Position numbers and translations under genes: made by a program. Shown here one piece after another: positions 9,249-17,101 of a stretch of DNA of 64,000 nt. The notes under the pieces are model-generated. The model was not told where the DNA came from, searched no databases, and saw only the letters and a program-made list of their open reading frames with translations. The first letter of the stretch is position 1, and each line of letters begins with the position of its first letter. The stretch is taken from the NCBI GenBank assembly GCA_016182965.1, contig JACPFM010000026.1, positions 30,190 to 94,189 on the forward strand. The letters run 5' to 3'. Source of the stretch: Deltaproteobacteria bacterium (GTDB lineage Bacteria > Myxococcota_A > Polyangia > Polyangiales > JADJMO01).

Positions 9249-9981
9249 CTTCTGCACCGGCGTCGATCTCGGGCAGGCGCGCGACCACACGGCGATCGTC
9301 ATCGTCGAGCGCGTGACGGGCTCGCCCGAGACCTATCACGTGCGCCATGCGGAGCGGCCGCCTCTGGGCACCGCGTACCCTGCCGTGGTCTCACGCGTGG
9401 CGTCGATCCTCGCGTCGGCGCCGATGTGCGGCGTGTCGTCGCTCGTCGTCGACGCAAGCGGGGTCGGTCGGCCCGTGGTCGATCTCTTCGTCGCCGCGGG
9501 GCTTCGGCCGATCGGCGTGACGATCACGGCCGGCGCGACGGCGAGCGGCGGCGGCACGGAGCACCGCGTCCCGAAGCGCGATCTCTGCGCGCTGCTCCAG
9601 GTCCTTTTGCAGGGCCGGCGCCTAAGGATCGCCGCGGCGATGGCCGAGCGCGCGGCGCTCGTCGAAGAGCTGCTCGCCTTCCGCGTGAAGATTGACGGCG
9701 CGACCGCGCGCGATTCGTACGGCGCCGGCAGCGGGACGCACGACGATCTCGTGATGGCGTTGGCGCTGGCCTGTTGGGGCGCGCGCGAGGCTCCGGCGCC
9801 GCTTCCCGTCGCCGGCCTCTCCGAAGCGTATCAGAGCGACGAGGACGACCCTTGGGACTTCGGATGGGTCCTCGGGACGTCGCGGCCCGTGACGCGCGCG
9901 GAGCGCGCGCCGCGCACGATCCCAGGAGCGGCCGGCGCGCCGCCCAACCCTCGGCCACCGCCGCCCTACGTCGTTCGATAG
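9241..9981 (+). CDS. terminase large subunit, RNase H-like nuclease domain only
   Basis: GVDLGQARDHTAIVIV and GTHDDLVMALALA match the acidic catalytic strands of terminase nuclease domains. ATG 9241 overlaps the upstream stop (ATGCATAG). Confidence 0.75.
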   Translation: MHSFCTGVDLGQARDHTAIVIVERVTGSPETYHVRHAERPPLGTAYPAVVSRVASILASAPMCGVSSLVVDASGVGRPVVDLFVAAGLRPIGVTITAGATASGGGTEHRVPKRDLCALLQVLLQGRRLRIAAAMAERAALVEELLAFRVKIDGATARDSYGAGSGTHDDLVMALALACWGAREAPAPLPVAGLSEAYQSDEDDPWDFGWVLGTSRPVTRAERAPRTIPGAAGAPPNPRPPPPYVVR

Positions 9982-10103
9982 GCGACCGGCGTCGTGCGCG
10001 AGGCCGATCGTGTTCGCGGACCGAACGGTTGGCGAACAAAGCCGGGGGCGCACGCCGCGTCATGACGCGCGTTGGCCGGCGGGTTGCATTGCCGGGGGCA
10101 CCT

Positions 10104-10346
10104 ATGTCGAGAGCGTCACGACCCAAGACCGCTCGTCGCATCTCGCCGCTCGGTGCGCTGCGCCTGTATGACCCTGACGGCTGGGCACGCGAGGTCCGAC
10201 GCGCGATGCGCGGCGCGGGCGGCCGCGTCCCTGCCGCAGCGGAGGCGCTCGGCATCTCCACGCGTCAACTGTTTCGCTGGCTCGACGATCCGGCGCTCGC
10301 AAACGTCGAGCGCGCCGCGGTCGGTACGCGCCCGGACGGCGACTGA
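10104..10346 (+). CDS. small HTH protein (candidate excisionase / recombination directionality factor)
   Basis: 80 aa. The segment AAEALGISTRQLFRWLDDP is HTH-like. Located between the terminase and resolvase genes. Confidence 0.5.
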   Translation: MSRASRPKTARRISPLGALRLYDPDGWAREVRRAMRGAGGRVPAAAEALGISTRQLFRWLDDPALANVERAAVGTRPDGD

Positions 10347-10368
10347 TCGCTAGATCGTGCATACATAC

Positions 10369-10536
10369 GACACGCGTGTCACAGGTTGCGGCGATGGCCG
10401 ATTCCCCGACGTATTCGGGCCGTTGCACGAGCGGTTACGCGCGCGCACGGGGGCACGCGCGACACGCGTGTCATAGCTTGCCCGCGCAGCGGGCCGAGCG
10501 TCCACGATCCAACCTGCGCCATGCGTGTCACAGGTT
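10369..10536 (+). promoter_or_regulatory. three res-like / operator repeats upstream of the resolvase gene
   Basis: The perfect 12-bp palindrome GACACGCGTGTC occurs at 10369-10380 and 10461-10472. A degenerate third copy lies within the inverted repeat AACCTG-N14-CAGGTT (10511-10536). The shared unit is ACGCGTGTCAYAGSTT. Confidence 0.55.
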
Positions 10537-10565
10537 CGGCATGTGTCGTGCACCATGCTCGGGCC

Positions 10566-11261
10566 ATGTCGCGTCGCCCCGCTTCCGACCCCGGCTTTGC
10601 CGTCGCCTACCTCCGCGTTTCGACGGAAGCGCAGGAGCTTGGTCCCGAGGCGCAGCGCGCCGCGATCGAGCGCTGGGCCGCAGCGCAGGGCGTCGCCGTC
10701 GTCGCGTGGTTCGAGGATCACGGCGTCAGCGGCGCAACGGCGCTGGACGAGCGCCCCGGCCTCCTCGCGGCCCTCGCCGCGCTCCGCGACCGCCGCGCGG
10801 GCGTGCTCGTTGCAGCGAAGCGCGATCGCATCGCGCGCGACGTCGTGATCGCCGCGATGGTCGAGCGCGCCGCGAAGGCCGCCGGCGCGACCCTCCGCAC
10901 GGCGGACGGTGCGAGCGACTCGGCGGGCCCGGAGGGGGCTCTCATGTCTGGGATCGTCGACGTGTTCGCCCAGTATGAGCGCGCCCTCATCCGCAGCCGT
11001 ACGAAGGCGGCGCTCGCGGCGAAGAGCGCGAAGGGTGAGCGCGTTGGGACGGTGCCGTTCGGCTTCGCGCTCGCCGCTGACGGCCGCTCGCTTGTTGGCA
11101 ATGAGGCTGAGCAGGCCGTGATCGCGGAGGCGCGGGCGCTCCGCGCAGCCGGGCTGACGGTGCGCGCGATCGCCGCGGCGCTCGACGCGAAGGGGCTCCG
11201 GTCGCGGAAGGGAACCGCGTTCGGGATCGCGCAGGTGCACGCGATGGCGTGCGCGGCGTGA
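10566..11261 (+). CDS. small serine recombinase (resolvase/invertase family)
   Basis: FAVAYLRVSTEAQ catalytic-Ser motif, VAAKRDRIARD, and a C-terminal HTH (GLTVRAIAAALDAKG). Confidence 0.85.
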   Translation: MSRRPASDPGFAVAYLRVSTEAQELGPEAQRAAIERWAAAQGVAVVAWFEDHGVSGATALDERPGLLAALAALRDRRAGVLVAAKRDRIARDVVIAAMVERAAKAAGATLRTADGASDSAGPEGALMSGIVDVFAQYERALIRSRTKAALAAKSAKGERVGTVPFGFALAADGRSLVGNEAEQAVIAEARALRAAGLTVRAIAAALDAKGLRSRKGTAFGIAQVHAMACAA

Positions 11262-11312
11262 CGCTCACGTCGTTGACACGGCGCCCCTCGTGCTTACACG
11301 AGAGGGACTCGA

Positions 11313-11537
11313 ATGCTCGACGAAGCTCACGAACTGCTCCAGCTCGCACAGCTGCAACTCGATCGTCTTCGTGGGTTCCCGGAGGCGTCCGAGAAGCAGC
11401 GGAGTGAGATCGCGGGAAGCGCGGTGAACTTGCTCCGGAACGCCCGCAAGCTCCCTTCGATGTCGCCCGAGCACAGGACGCGCGCCGAGGAGATCGAGAA
11501 GGCCGTGCGGGCGGAAGCTCCGACGTCCGCGACGTGA
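11313..11537 (+). CDS. small helical hypothetical protein
   Basis: 74-aa ORF with a plausible helical sequence. No family recognised. Confidence 0.35.
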   Translation: MLDEAHELLQLAQLQLDRLRGFPEASEKQRSEIAGSAVNLLRNARKLPSMSPEHRTRAEEIEKAVRAEAPTSAT

Positions 11538-11945
11538 GGAGCAGCGCGCGTCAAGCACCGTGACGGCGTTTCGGTGCTCAGGTTCGCTGGCATAGGTGTG
11601 CCGGGCCCGGTACGCTGTATCGCGCAAGCGATTGCGCCGACGGACGGGCGTCGGGGCGTTCCGCGCCGCTCGGTGTGTCTTCGCGCAGTCCGCGTAGGTA
11701 CACGGCGGCGCGATCGGCACCGGACGTCACTCGGTCGCAAAAATAGAGGAAAGCAGGGTGCGCCGCGCGGACGCTTCACCCTGCCTTCACGAGCTGGTCT
11801 AGCACGCGACGGTGCTCCACGGAACGGCCGCGGCTCAAAAGCTCAGGTCGGGCGGCTCAACCATGGCCGCCGGCGGCGACCTCAGGCAACGAGCGCGACG
11901 GGGATGCCTGAGCCGAAAACGTCGGCGATCCGACGATCCACAACC

Positions 11946-11971
11946 GGTCCGAACCCCTTGGGGTCGCCACG
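11946..11971 (+). repeat. degenerate third copy of a tRNA-Glu-like 3' end (internal att-like remnant)
   Basis: GGTCCGAACCCCTTGGGGTCGCCACG. It shares TTGGGGTCGCCACG exactly with 15696-15709 and is likewise followed by a hairpin and T-run. No tRNA 5' half lies upstream. Confidence 0.6.
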
Positions 11972-12014
11972 GAAGCCCCTGGATTTCAAGCAAATCCGGG
12001 GCTTCTGCCTTTTT
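11972..12014 (+). terminator. rho-independent terminator-like hairpin
   Basis: GAAGCCCCTGG...CCGGGGCTTC stem followed by TTTTT (12010-12014). Confidence 0.55.
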
Positions 12015-12145
12015 GTGGTCCGAAATTCGGTCCAGGAAGAGCCCTCGGCAGTCCGGTCATCACACGGAACGCGGGATGACGCCGAGGTGCACGCGCCTCG
12101 CGCGGCCGCGGCGACATGTCGAGGGCCGCTCCGGCGCGCCGCTCG

Positions 12146-13063
12146 TCAACTCCCGATGTCGATCTTTGCCGCCGCACGGAGCCTGACCTCGAGCGCGGCG
12201 ATGAACGTATCGCGTCGTACCTTGGCCATGCCGTTCTTCACCGAGAGCGCGTCGAACGCGCGTGCAGTTCCGACGATCTTCGTCGCACGAAGCAGCCACC
12301 ACTGCCCTTTGGCGTCGACGACCGGGCCGGAGACCTGGCCGGGCCTGCGAAGCGCGAGCGCCGCACGAATCACGGCCTCGTCGCGCGCGGAGTGTTCGTC
12401 GACGACCCCGAGATCGCCGGCCATGGACTTCGACGAGTCGATGGACTCCGCCGCCACGAGGGCGCCGAACGCCTCGGACGTCGAGCCCCAGGCCTTGCTC
12501 GCCAGCGCGTCGGCGCGAGACGCCTCGGTGACGACCAGCGCCTGGACCTGCACCCCTTCGACCTTCACGAAGTCCTCGGGGTGCGCGTCGAAGAACGCCC
12601 GGGCCTCGGCGTCGGTGATGGCGTCACGCTGCGAGGCCGCTGTCTTCAGCTCTGCCGCGATCAGCGCCTGCGACAGCTCGGCATCACCGCCCCCCGCGAG
12701 GCCGCGACGTCGGGCCTCGCGGGCGAACAGGCGAGCGCGAATCAGCTCGTCGAGCGCACGGCGTCGTGGCTCCGCCCGCGGAGCGTCGATGGGGATCACG
12801 GGCGCGCGGACGAGCGCGTCGACCGAGGCCGCGGCGATGGGCTCCCCGTCGACGCAGGCCGCCACCGCGCGGTTGGGAGTGCATGGGAGCGTCGGCCGCG
12901 AGCAGCCTACGAGCAACGCACACGCGAGGAGCCGAGCGGTGAGCGACCTTACGGGACGACCGGCGCCGACGCTCCCGGCGGAGCGTCGATGGGAATCACT
13001 AGATGCACTTGCCGATGGTCGACCACCAGAAATCGTCGTCGGCCTCCCAATACTCGTCGCCAC
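12146..13063 (-). CDS. parvulin-type peptidyl-prolyl isomerase (SurA/PrsA-like) lipoprotein; start unresolved
   Basis: C-terminal PPIase-like region (MAGDLGVVDEHS...GQVSGPVVDAKGQWWLLR). Lipobox LLACALLVGC. No ATG/GTG/TTG lies between the upstream stop (12999) and the lipobox. Candidate starts are GTG 13063 and TTG 12916. Confidence 0.6.
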   Translation of the reverse strand: MATSIGRPTTISGGRPSASASSDSHRRSAGSVGAGRPVRSLTARLLACALLVGCSRPTLPCTPNRAVAACVDGEPIAAASVDALVRAPVIPIDAPRAEPRRRALDELIRARLFAREARRRGLAGGGDAELSQALIAAELKTAASQRDAITDAEARAFFDAHPEDFVKVEGVQVQALVVTEASRADALASKAWGSTSEAFGALVAAESIDSSKSMAGDLGVVDEHSARDEAVIRAALALRRPGQVSGPVVDAKGQWWLLRATKIVGTARAFDALSVKNGMAKVRRDTFIAALEVRLRAAAKIDIGS

Positions 13064-13916
13064 AGTTGCCGTCCCCCGGGTTCGTCGACCCACCGTGGAT
13101 CCTTCCGCAGCGATCGTGATCGAGGCAGTCGTACGTGTAGCCAGCGCCGGTGCACCCCGGGCCGCATTTGCCCAGGCAGTCGGTGGAGTACTTCCCGGCG
13201 TAGACACTCTCGCCCGACAAGCAGTGGCCTGAGGAGTCGTGCACCGCCCAGGAGTTCGCGTTGCAGCGAATGTACCAGATACCGTCCTCGTTGCTTTGGT
13301 TGCAGAAGTTCGCCTCCGAGCCAACCGCCGTGGTGGGCGCGCCGGTGGCGTCGACACACTTGCCGTCCTTGGCCGCCGCGATCGCCTCCTCCTCCGACGT
13401 CGGCATTCCGGGCACCGGGGCCTTCACCCCGGTCTTGATGACGGGCGGACCGAGATCGCGCGCCGGCATCGTCAGCCCCGCAGGCGCCTCGGACCAGAAC
13501 CACACACGGCGGACGAGCAGGTCCTCGTGGATGGAGGCGGTCTGTCCCTCGGGGAAGATCGGATTGAGCGCCGCGCTGAACGCCTTGAGGGTCTCGAGCT
13601 CGTCGGCGTACAGCGCGCCGTCGTGGCCGTCCCAGTGCAGTCTCTGGGCCGCGGCGTCGAGCGACGCGTCGAACACCACGCCGTTCACCTCGAGGTGCAG
13701 CACGGCGTGCGCAGGCGCGTCCGTGCGCGTGGAGAACTTCAGCATCGAGGCGCCGTGGGAGAACGTCCCGGCGAACGACGACTCGGTGCGCTCGGAGATC
13801 TGGAGCGCCCCCTGCGTCGCGCTCGTCGACGAGGGCGCGTCCGACGGCGCGATGCATCCACCCATGGGGACCGCAACCAGGACGGCGACCACTGCCACGA
13901 GGGAGAATCGGTTCAT
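12999..13916 (-). CDS. secreted lipoprotein with Cys-rich C-terminal domain
   Basis: MNRFSLVAVVAVLVAVPMGGC signal plus lipobox. The C-terminus is dense in Cys (CLGKCGPGCTGAGYTYDCLDHDRCG...GNCGDEYW). Confidence 0.6.
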   Translation of the reverse strand: MNRFSLVAVVAVLVAVPMGGCIAPSDAPSSTSATQGALQISERTESSFAGTFSHGASMLKFSTRTDAPAHAVLHLEVNGVVFDASLDAAAQRLHWDGHDGALYADELETLKAFSAALNPIFPEGQTASIHEDLLVRRVWFWSEAPAGLTMPARDLGPPVIKTGVKAPVPGMPTSEEEAIAAAKDGKCVDATGAPTTAVGSEANFCNQSNEDGIWYIRCNANSWAVHDSSGHCLSGESVYAGKYSTDCLGKCGPGCTGAGYTYDCLDHDRCGRIHGGSTNPGDGNCGDEYWEADDDFWWSTIGKCI

Positions 13917-14041
13917 GCCAGGCAAGCCGAGCAACAACGTTGCCAGGAGCGTGAAACCTCGATTCCTCGTGCATTCCACGTGAGCCGTCCCCCGCCCGGT
14001 TCAGTTTCTTGACGCCGCGTTCAGATTTTTGATCTACCGGT

Positions 14042-15232
14042 TCAGAACCTGAACCGACGACGAGCCATGGCTGCCGCCAGTACGAGCGCCGCGGCGAGGC
14101 CCAGGGGGCGCCCACGCTCCCCGACGACGCAGCCGCCCGACGCGTCGGTCTCAGGCGCACGTGTGGGGCTCGCTCGCAGGCACGGCTCGAAGCAGCGGCA
14201 ACTCGCATCCTCGCCGCTGCTGAACTGCAAGCACGCAGCCCCTCCACAGTCGCTCGCCGAGCCGCAGGCCGCGCCGAAGCGCCCTGCCCGGGGCCCGCGG
14301 TACCCGCAACGTGCGCCGTCGCGCTCCGGCAGGCACGCCATGCCGGCCGGGCAGTCACGCTCGGTCGAACAAGTGTTGGTGCAGAAGTCGGCGGTCGGAT
14401 CGCCGCTACGAGGGGCGGCGACGGACGACAGCTCCGCGATCGCTCCGGCGAGAAACCCCTCGTCGATCATCGTGGCCACGCCGTAGGCCTTGCACGTCGA
14501 GTCTCCGCTCCTCGTGATCGCAACGAGTCGTTCCTCGCCGTCGAGGGTCGCCAGGATCGCCCCGCCCGAGTCGCCCGCGCACACCAGCGCCGGCGCAGGC
14601 TCGAAGCGAATCGTGCCCGCGTCGATCGAGACGAGCTTTGCCGTGCCCGTCGCGCGCGCGCCAATGGCTCCGCCCTCCTCCCAGCGGCCATACCCGACCT
14701 GGCGCACCAGGGTCCCGACAGGCGAGACATCGATCGCCGAACGACGCAGCGGCACGGTCACCGCATCACGCGCGAGCCAGACCACCGCGAGGTCGTTCGC
14801 TCGCGCCGCGGCGTCATAGTCCGGGTGCACCCGGCTCGCGACGACGCGGGCGTGCGTACCACCCCCCAGCCCCACATCCTCGCCGAAGAACACCTCGAGC
14901 TCCTCGGCACGGCGACCCTGGAGGCAGTGCGCGGCGGTGAGAACGGCGCGCGGCGCGACGAGCACCCCCGAACAAAACGTGTCGACCTCACGCCCCTCCG
15001 GACACAGCGTGCGTCGATCGCGTAGGGCGACGACCGCGTGATCGTCCCGCGAGGGCTCGCCGCCGACGATCGGCGACGCTGCCGTGCGCGTGCTCTCGGC
15101 GTCGCCGGCGCAACCACCCAGTTGGAGCCACACGAGCGCGACACAGCCGGCGCAGCCCGCGAGGCGCGCGCGCTGCAGCATGACGCCGGCGCGAGGGTCG
15201 GCGTTGCCGCGGCGCGGAGTCGACTCCGTCAT
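14042..15232 (-). CDS. trypsin-like (S1) serine protease with MYXO-CTERM-type sorting tail
   Basis: IVGG start of the mature protease, LTAAHC (His), GDSGG (Ser). Cys-rich linker. Tail GGCVVGERGRPLGLAAALVLAAAMARRRFRF. The start is ATG 15232 or 15181. Confidence 0.8.
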   Translation of the reverse strand: MTESTPRRGNADPRAGVMLQRARLAGCAGCVALVWLQLGGCAGDAESTRTAASPIVGGEPSRDDHAVVALRDRRTLCPEGREVDTFCSGVLVAPRAVLTAAHCLQGRRAEELEVFFGEDVGLGGGTHARVVASRVHPDYDAAARANDLAVVWLARDAVTVPLRRSAIDVSPVGTLVRQVGYGRWEEGGAIGARATGTAKLVSIDAGTIRFEPAPALVCAGDSGGAILATLDGEERLVAITRSGDSTCKAYGVATMIDEGFLAGAIAELSSVAAPRSGDPTADFCTNTCSTERDCPAGMACLPERDGARCGYRGPRAGRFGAACGSASDCGGAACLQFSSGEDASCRCFEPCLRASPTRAPETDASGGCVVGERGRPLGLAAALVLAAAMARRRFRF

Positions 15233-15681
15233 CACCGAGAGGTTACGAGCGCCGAGGCGCGGCGGCCAACACGTGCTCGGCCACGACACGAAGGCAGCGC
15301 ACCGCATCGTCGGAAGCCGCCCTACCCGCCCGACATCGCGGAAGCAGCTCGCACCGCCTGGGATTCCATCAGGTCGATGGGGCGGCCGATCGTCCAGACG
15401 ATGTCTGGACACTCTTGTCCGCGAGGCTCCCCAGCGATTGTCGAGACGGCGTCCGGAGATCTCGCGGTACGCGAGGTAGAGGCCGCGCATCTGGTGGAGA
15501 TTCGGAGATTCGAGCGACCGAAGCCACGATCGAAGCGTCGGGTGAGATCGGCGGCGCCCTGGCCCAACGAGCTGGCCCATGCTCGCGTAGTCGCGAGCTT
15601 ACGCGCGCGATATCGCACGAACCACCGCGATCGTTGCCGCCAATTCCATGCGCTCAAGCGCGGATCCCAGCAGAATTTGGT

Positions 15682-15705
15682 GGGTTCAAGTCCCGTTGGG
15701 GTCGC
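15682..15705 (+). repeat. attR: second copy of GGGTTCAAGTCCCGTTGGGGTCGC
   Basis: Exact copy of 2224-2247. It continues as ...GTCGCCA (encoded CCA). No tRNA 5' half lies upstream. Confidence 0.85.
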
Positions 15706-15710
15706 CACGA

Positions 15711-15749
15711 AGCCCTCTGATCAATGCGGTCAGAGGGCTTTCGCCTTTT
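15711..15749 (+). terminator. rho-independent terminator-like hairpin (probably the native tRNA-Glu terminator)
   Basis: AGCCCTCTGA / TCAGAGGGCT stem followed by CTTTTG. Confidence 0.55.
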
Positions 15750-15816
15750 GTTCGTCGGCGCGCTCCGGGCGACGGGCGGGGAAGCTCTCGGGCGAGCGCG
15801 AGGGGTCAGCCGTAGC

Positions 15817-16881
15817 TCATGGCTTCCCGCGTCCCTTCTTCGCGCGGGTAGGCGCCGGCTTCTGGAGCAGCTTCGCCGTCGCCTCGAACGCGGCGTCGAT
15901 CGCGCGAGGCTTCGCGTCCTGGAGGGCCTGGTAGCGATCGTACTCCCGCTCGGCCCTCGCCTTCGCGACCTCCGCCGAGATGGTCCCGGCGTGATCGAGC
16001 AGCTTGCGGCCCGAGGCCTTCAGGAACTCGTCGAGCTTGTCGACCCAACCGCGCATGGTCATCGGCTTGCGCTCGAGCGCCTGCAGCTCGGCGAACTCGA
16101 TGTAGAGGTTCACGATGCGGTGGAGCACCTGCAGCTCCGGCTCGGTCAGGTAGTTCTTGGCGATCGCGGCGTCGCCCTTGCGGACCACACCTCCGGGTCG
16201 CGTCGTCTGCATGCCCATGAAGGGTTTGTCGCCGTCGGCGCGCTCGTGGACGATCTCGGCGGCGGTGTGCCCGTGCGCGGCCCAGTGCATCTTGTTCTGC
16301 ACCGTGGCGAAGAACTGCTGCGAGAGATCGTTGTCGGGCTGGTAGTCGACGCTGGTCGCGTAGATGTCGAGGACCTTCTGGTAGAAGCGGCGCTCGGACG
16401 CGCGGATGTCGCGAATCCGCTCGAGCAGCTCGTCGAAGTAGTCGGTGTGGCCTGGACCGGGCGGGTTCTTGAGCCGCTCGTCGTCCATGGTGAAGCCCTT
16501 GACCAGGTACTCCGCCAGGCGCGCGTTGGCCCACTTGCGGAACTGCGTGCCGCGATGGCTGCGGACGCGGAAGCCGACGGCGAGGATCGCCTCGAGGCTG
16601 TAGTAGCGCAGAGTGCGCGAGACCTGGCGGGCGCCCTCGGTTCGAACCTGTAAGAACGGCTTACAAGTTGCCGACTCGTTGAGCTCGCCGTCGGCGTAGA
16701 TCTCGCGCAGGTGCTGCGTGATGTTCTGTGGCGTCGTCTGGAACAGCTCGGCGATCAGGGCCTGCGTCAGCCAGACGGTCTCGCCCTCGAAGCGGCACTC
16801 GATGCGCGTGCGGCCGTCTTCGGTCTGGTAGATGAGCAGCTCGCCTTTGGGGGTGTCGTTGGTCGAGTTCTTCTCCGTCAT
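15817..16881 (-). CDS. RhuM-family virulence/defence-associated protein
   Basis: The sequence pattern (ELLIYQTEDG...RIECRFEGETVWLTQ...FRVRSHRGTQFRKWAN...DERLKNP) matches what I recall of the RhuM family. The alternative ATG is 16908. Confidence 0.7.
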   Translation of the reverse strand: MTEKNSTNDTPKGELLIYQTEDGRTRIECRFEGETVWLTQALIAELFQTTPQNITQHLREIYADGELNESATCKPFLQVRTEGARQVSRTLRYYSLEAILAVGFRVRSHRGTQFRKWANARLAEYLVKGFTMDDERLKNPPGPGHTDYFDELLERIRDIRASERRFYQKVLDIYATSVDYQPDNDLSQQFFATVQNKMHWAAHGHTAAEIVHERADGDKPFMGMQTTRPGGVVRKGDAAIAKNYLTEPELQVLHRIVNLYIEFAELQALERKPMTMRGWVDKLDEFLKASGRKLLDHAGTISAEVAKARAEREYDRYQALQDAKPRAIDAAFEATAKLLQKPAPTRAKKGRGKP

Positions 16882-17101
16882 GGCCAATCCGTTGGTAGTG
16901 GCCGCCATCCCTTCACGGGGCTGCCGCTATTGAAAGCGAAGAGCTCCGCGCGCGGAATATCGACGTAAACGACGTCATCGACGTCAGGCTCGATGAGCAG
17001 ACAGAGGTTACGCTACCAGCGCTCGCGCGGCGGGCAATCAACTACCGACGTGGGCCGAGGCTATTGAGGGCGCTTTGACGTAGGGCCTGCTCGTCGGCAC
17101 G

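Larger units (their letters stand above)
2224..15705. mobile_element. integrated genomic island / phage-satellite-like element inserted at the tRNA-Glu 3' end
   Basis: Bounded by an exact 24-bp direct repeat (2224-2247 and 15682-15705). A large serine recombinase lies next to the tRNA. Phage-type genes (HTH regulators, small- and large-terminase-like) and a second serine recombinase lie inside. Confidence 0.8.

Noticed and set aside
11880-11971. Possible complete tRNA or tmRNA ending in GGGGTCGCCA
   Set aside because: I could not fold a cloverleaf. There is no complementary 5' acceptor strand (only GCGAC/GTCGC, 5 bp), no valid T stem, and no tmRNA-like 5' end. I treated it as a 3'-end remnant.
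13100-13200. Phospholipase-A2-like C-x2-HD-x-C motif in the Cys-rich lipoprotein
   Set aside because: This is a single short motif match by eye. It is mentioned only as a speculation inside the cargo finding, not as a functional call.
11574-13232. 552-aa plus-strand ORF
   Set aside because: It is antisense to the PPIase and the Cys-rich lipoprotein genes and runs through the non-coding tRNA-like remnant. Its composition is Ser/Ala/Arg-rich junk.
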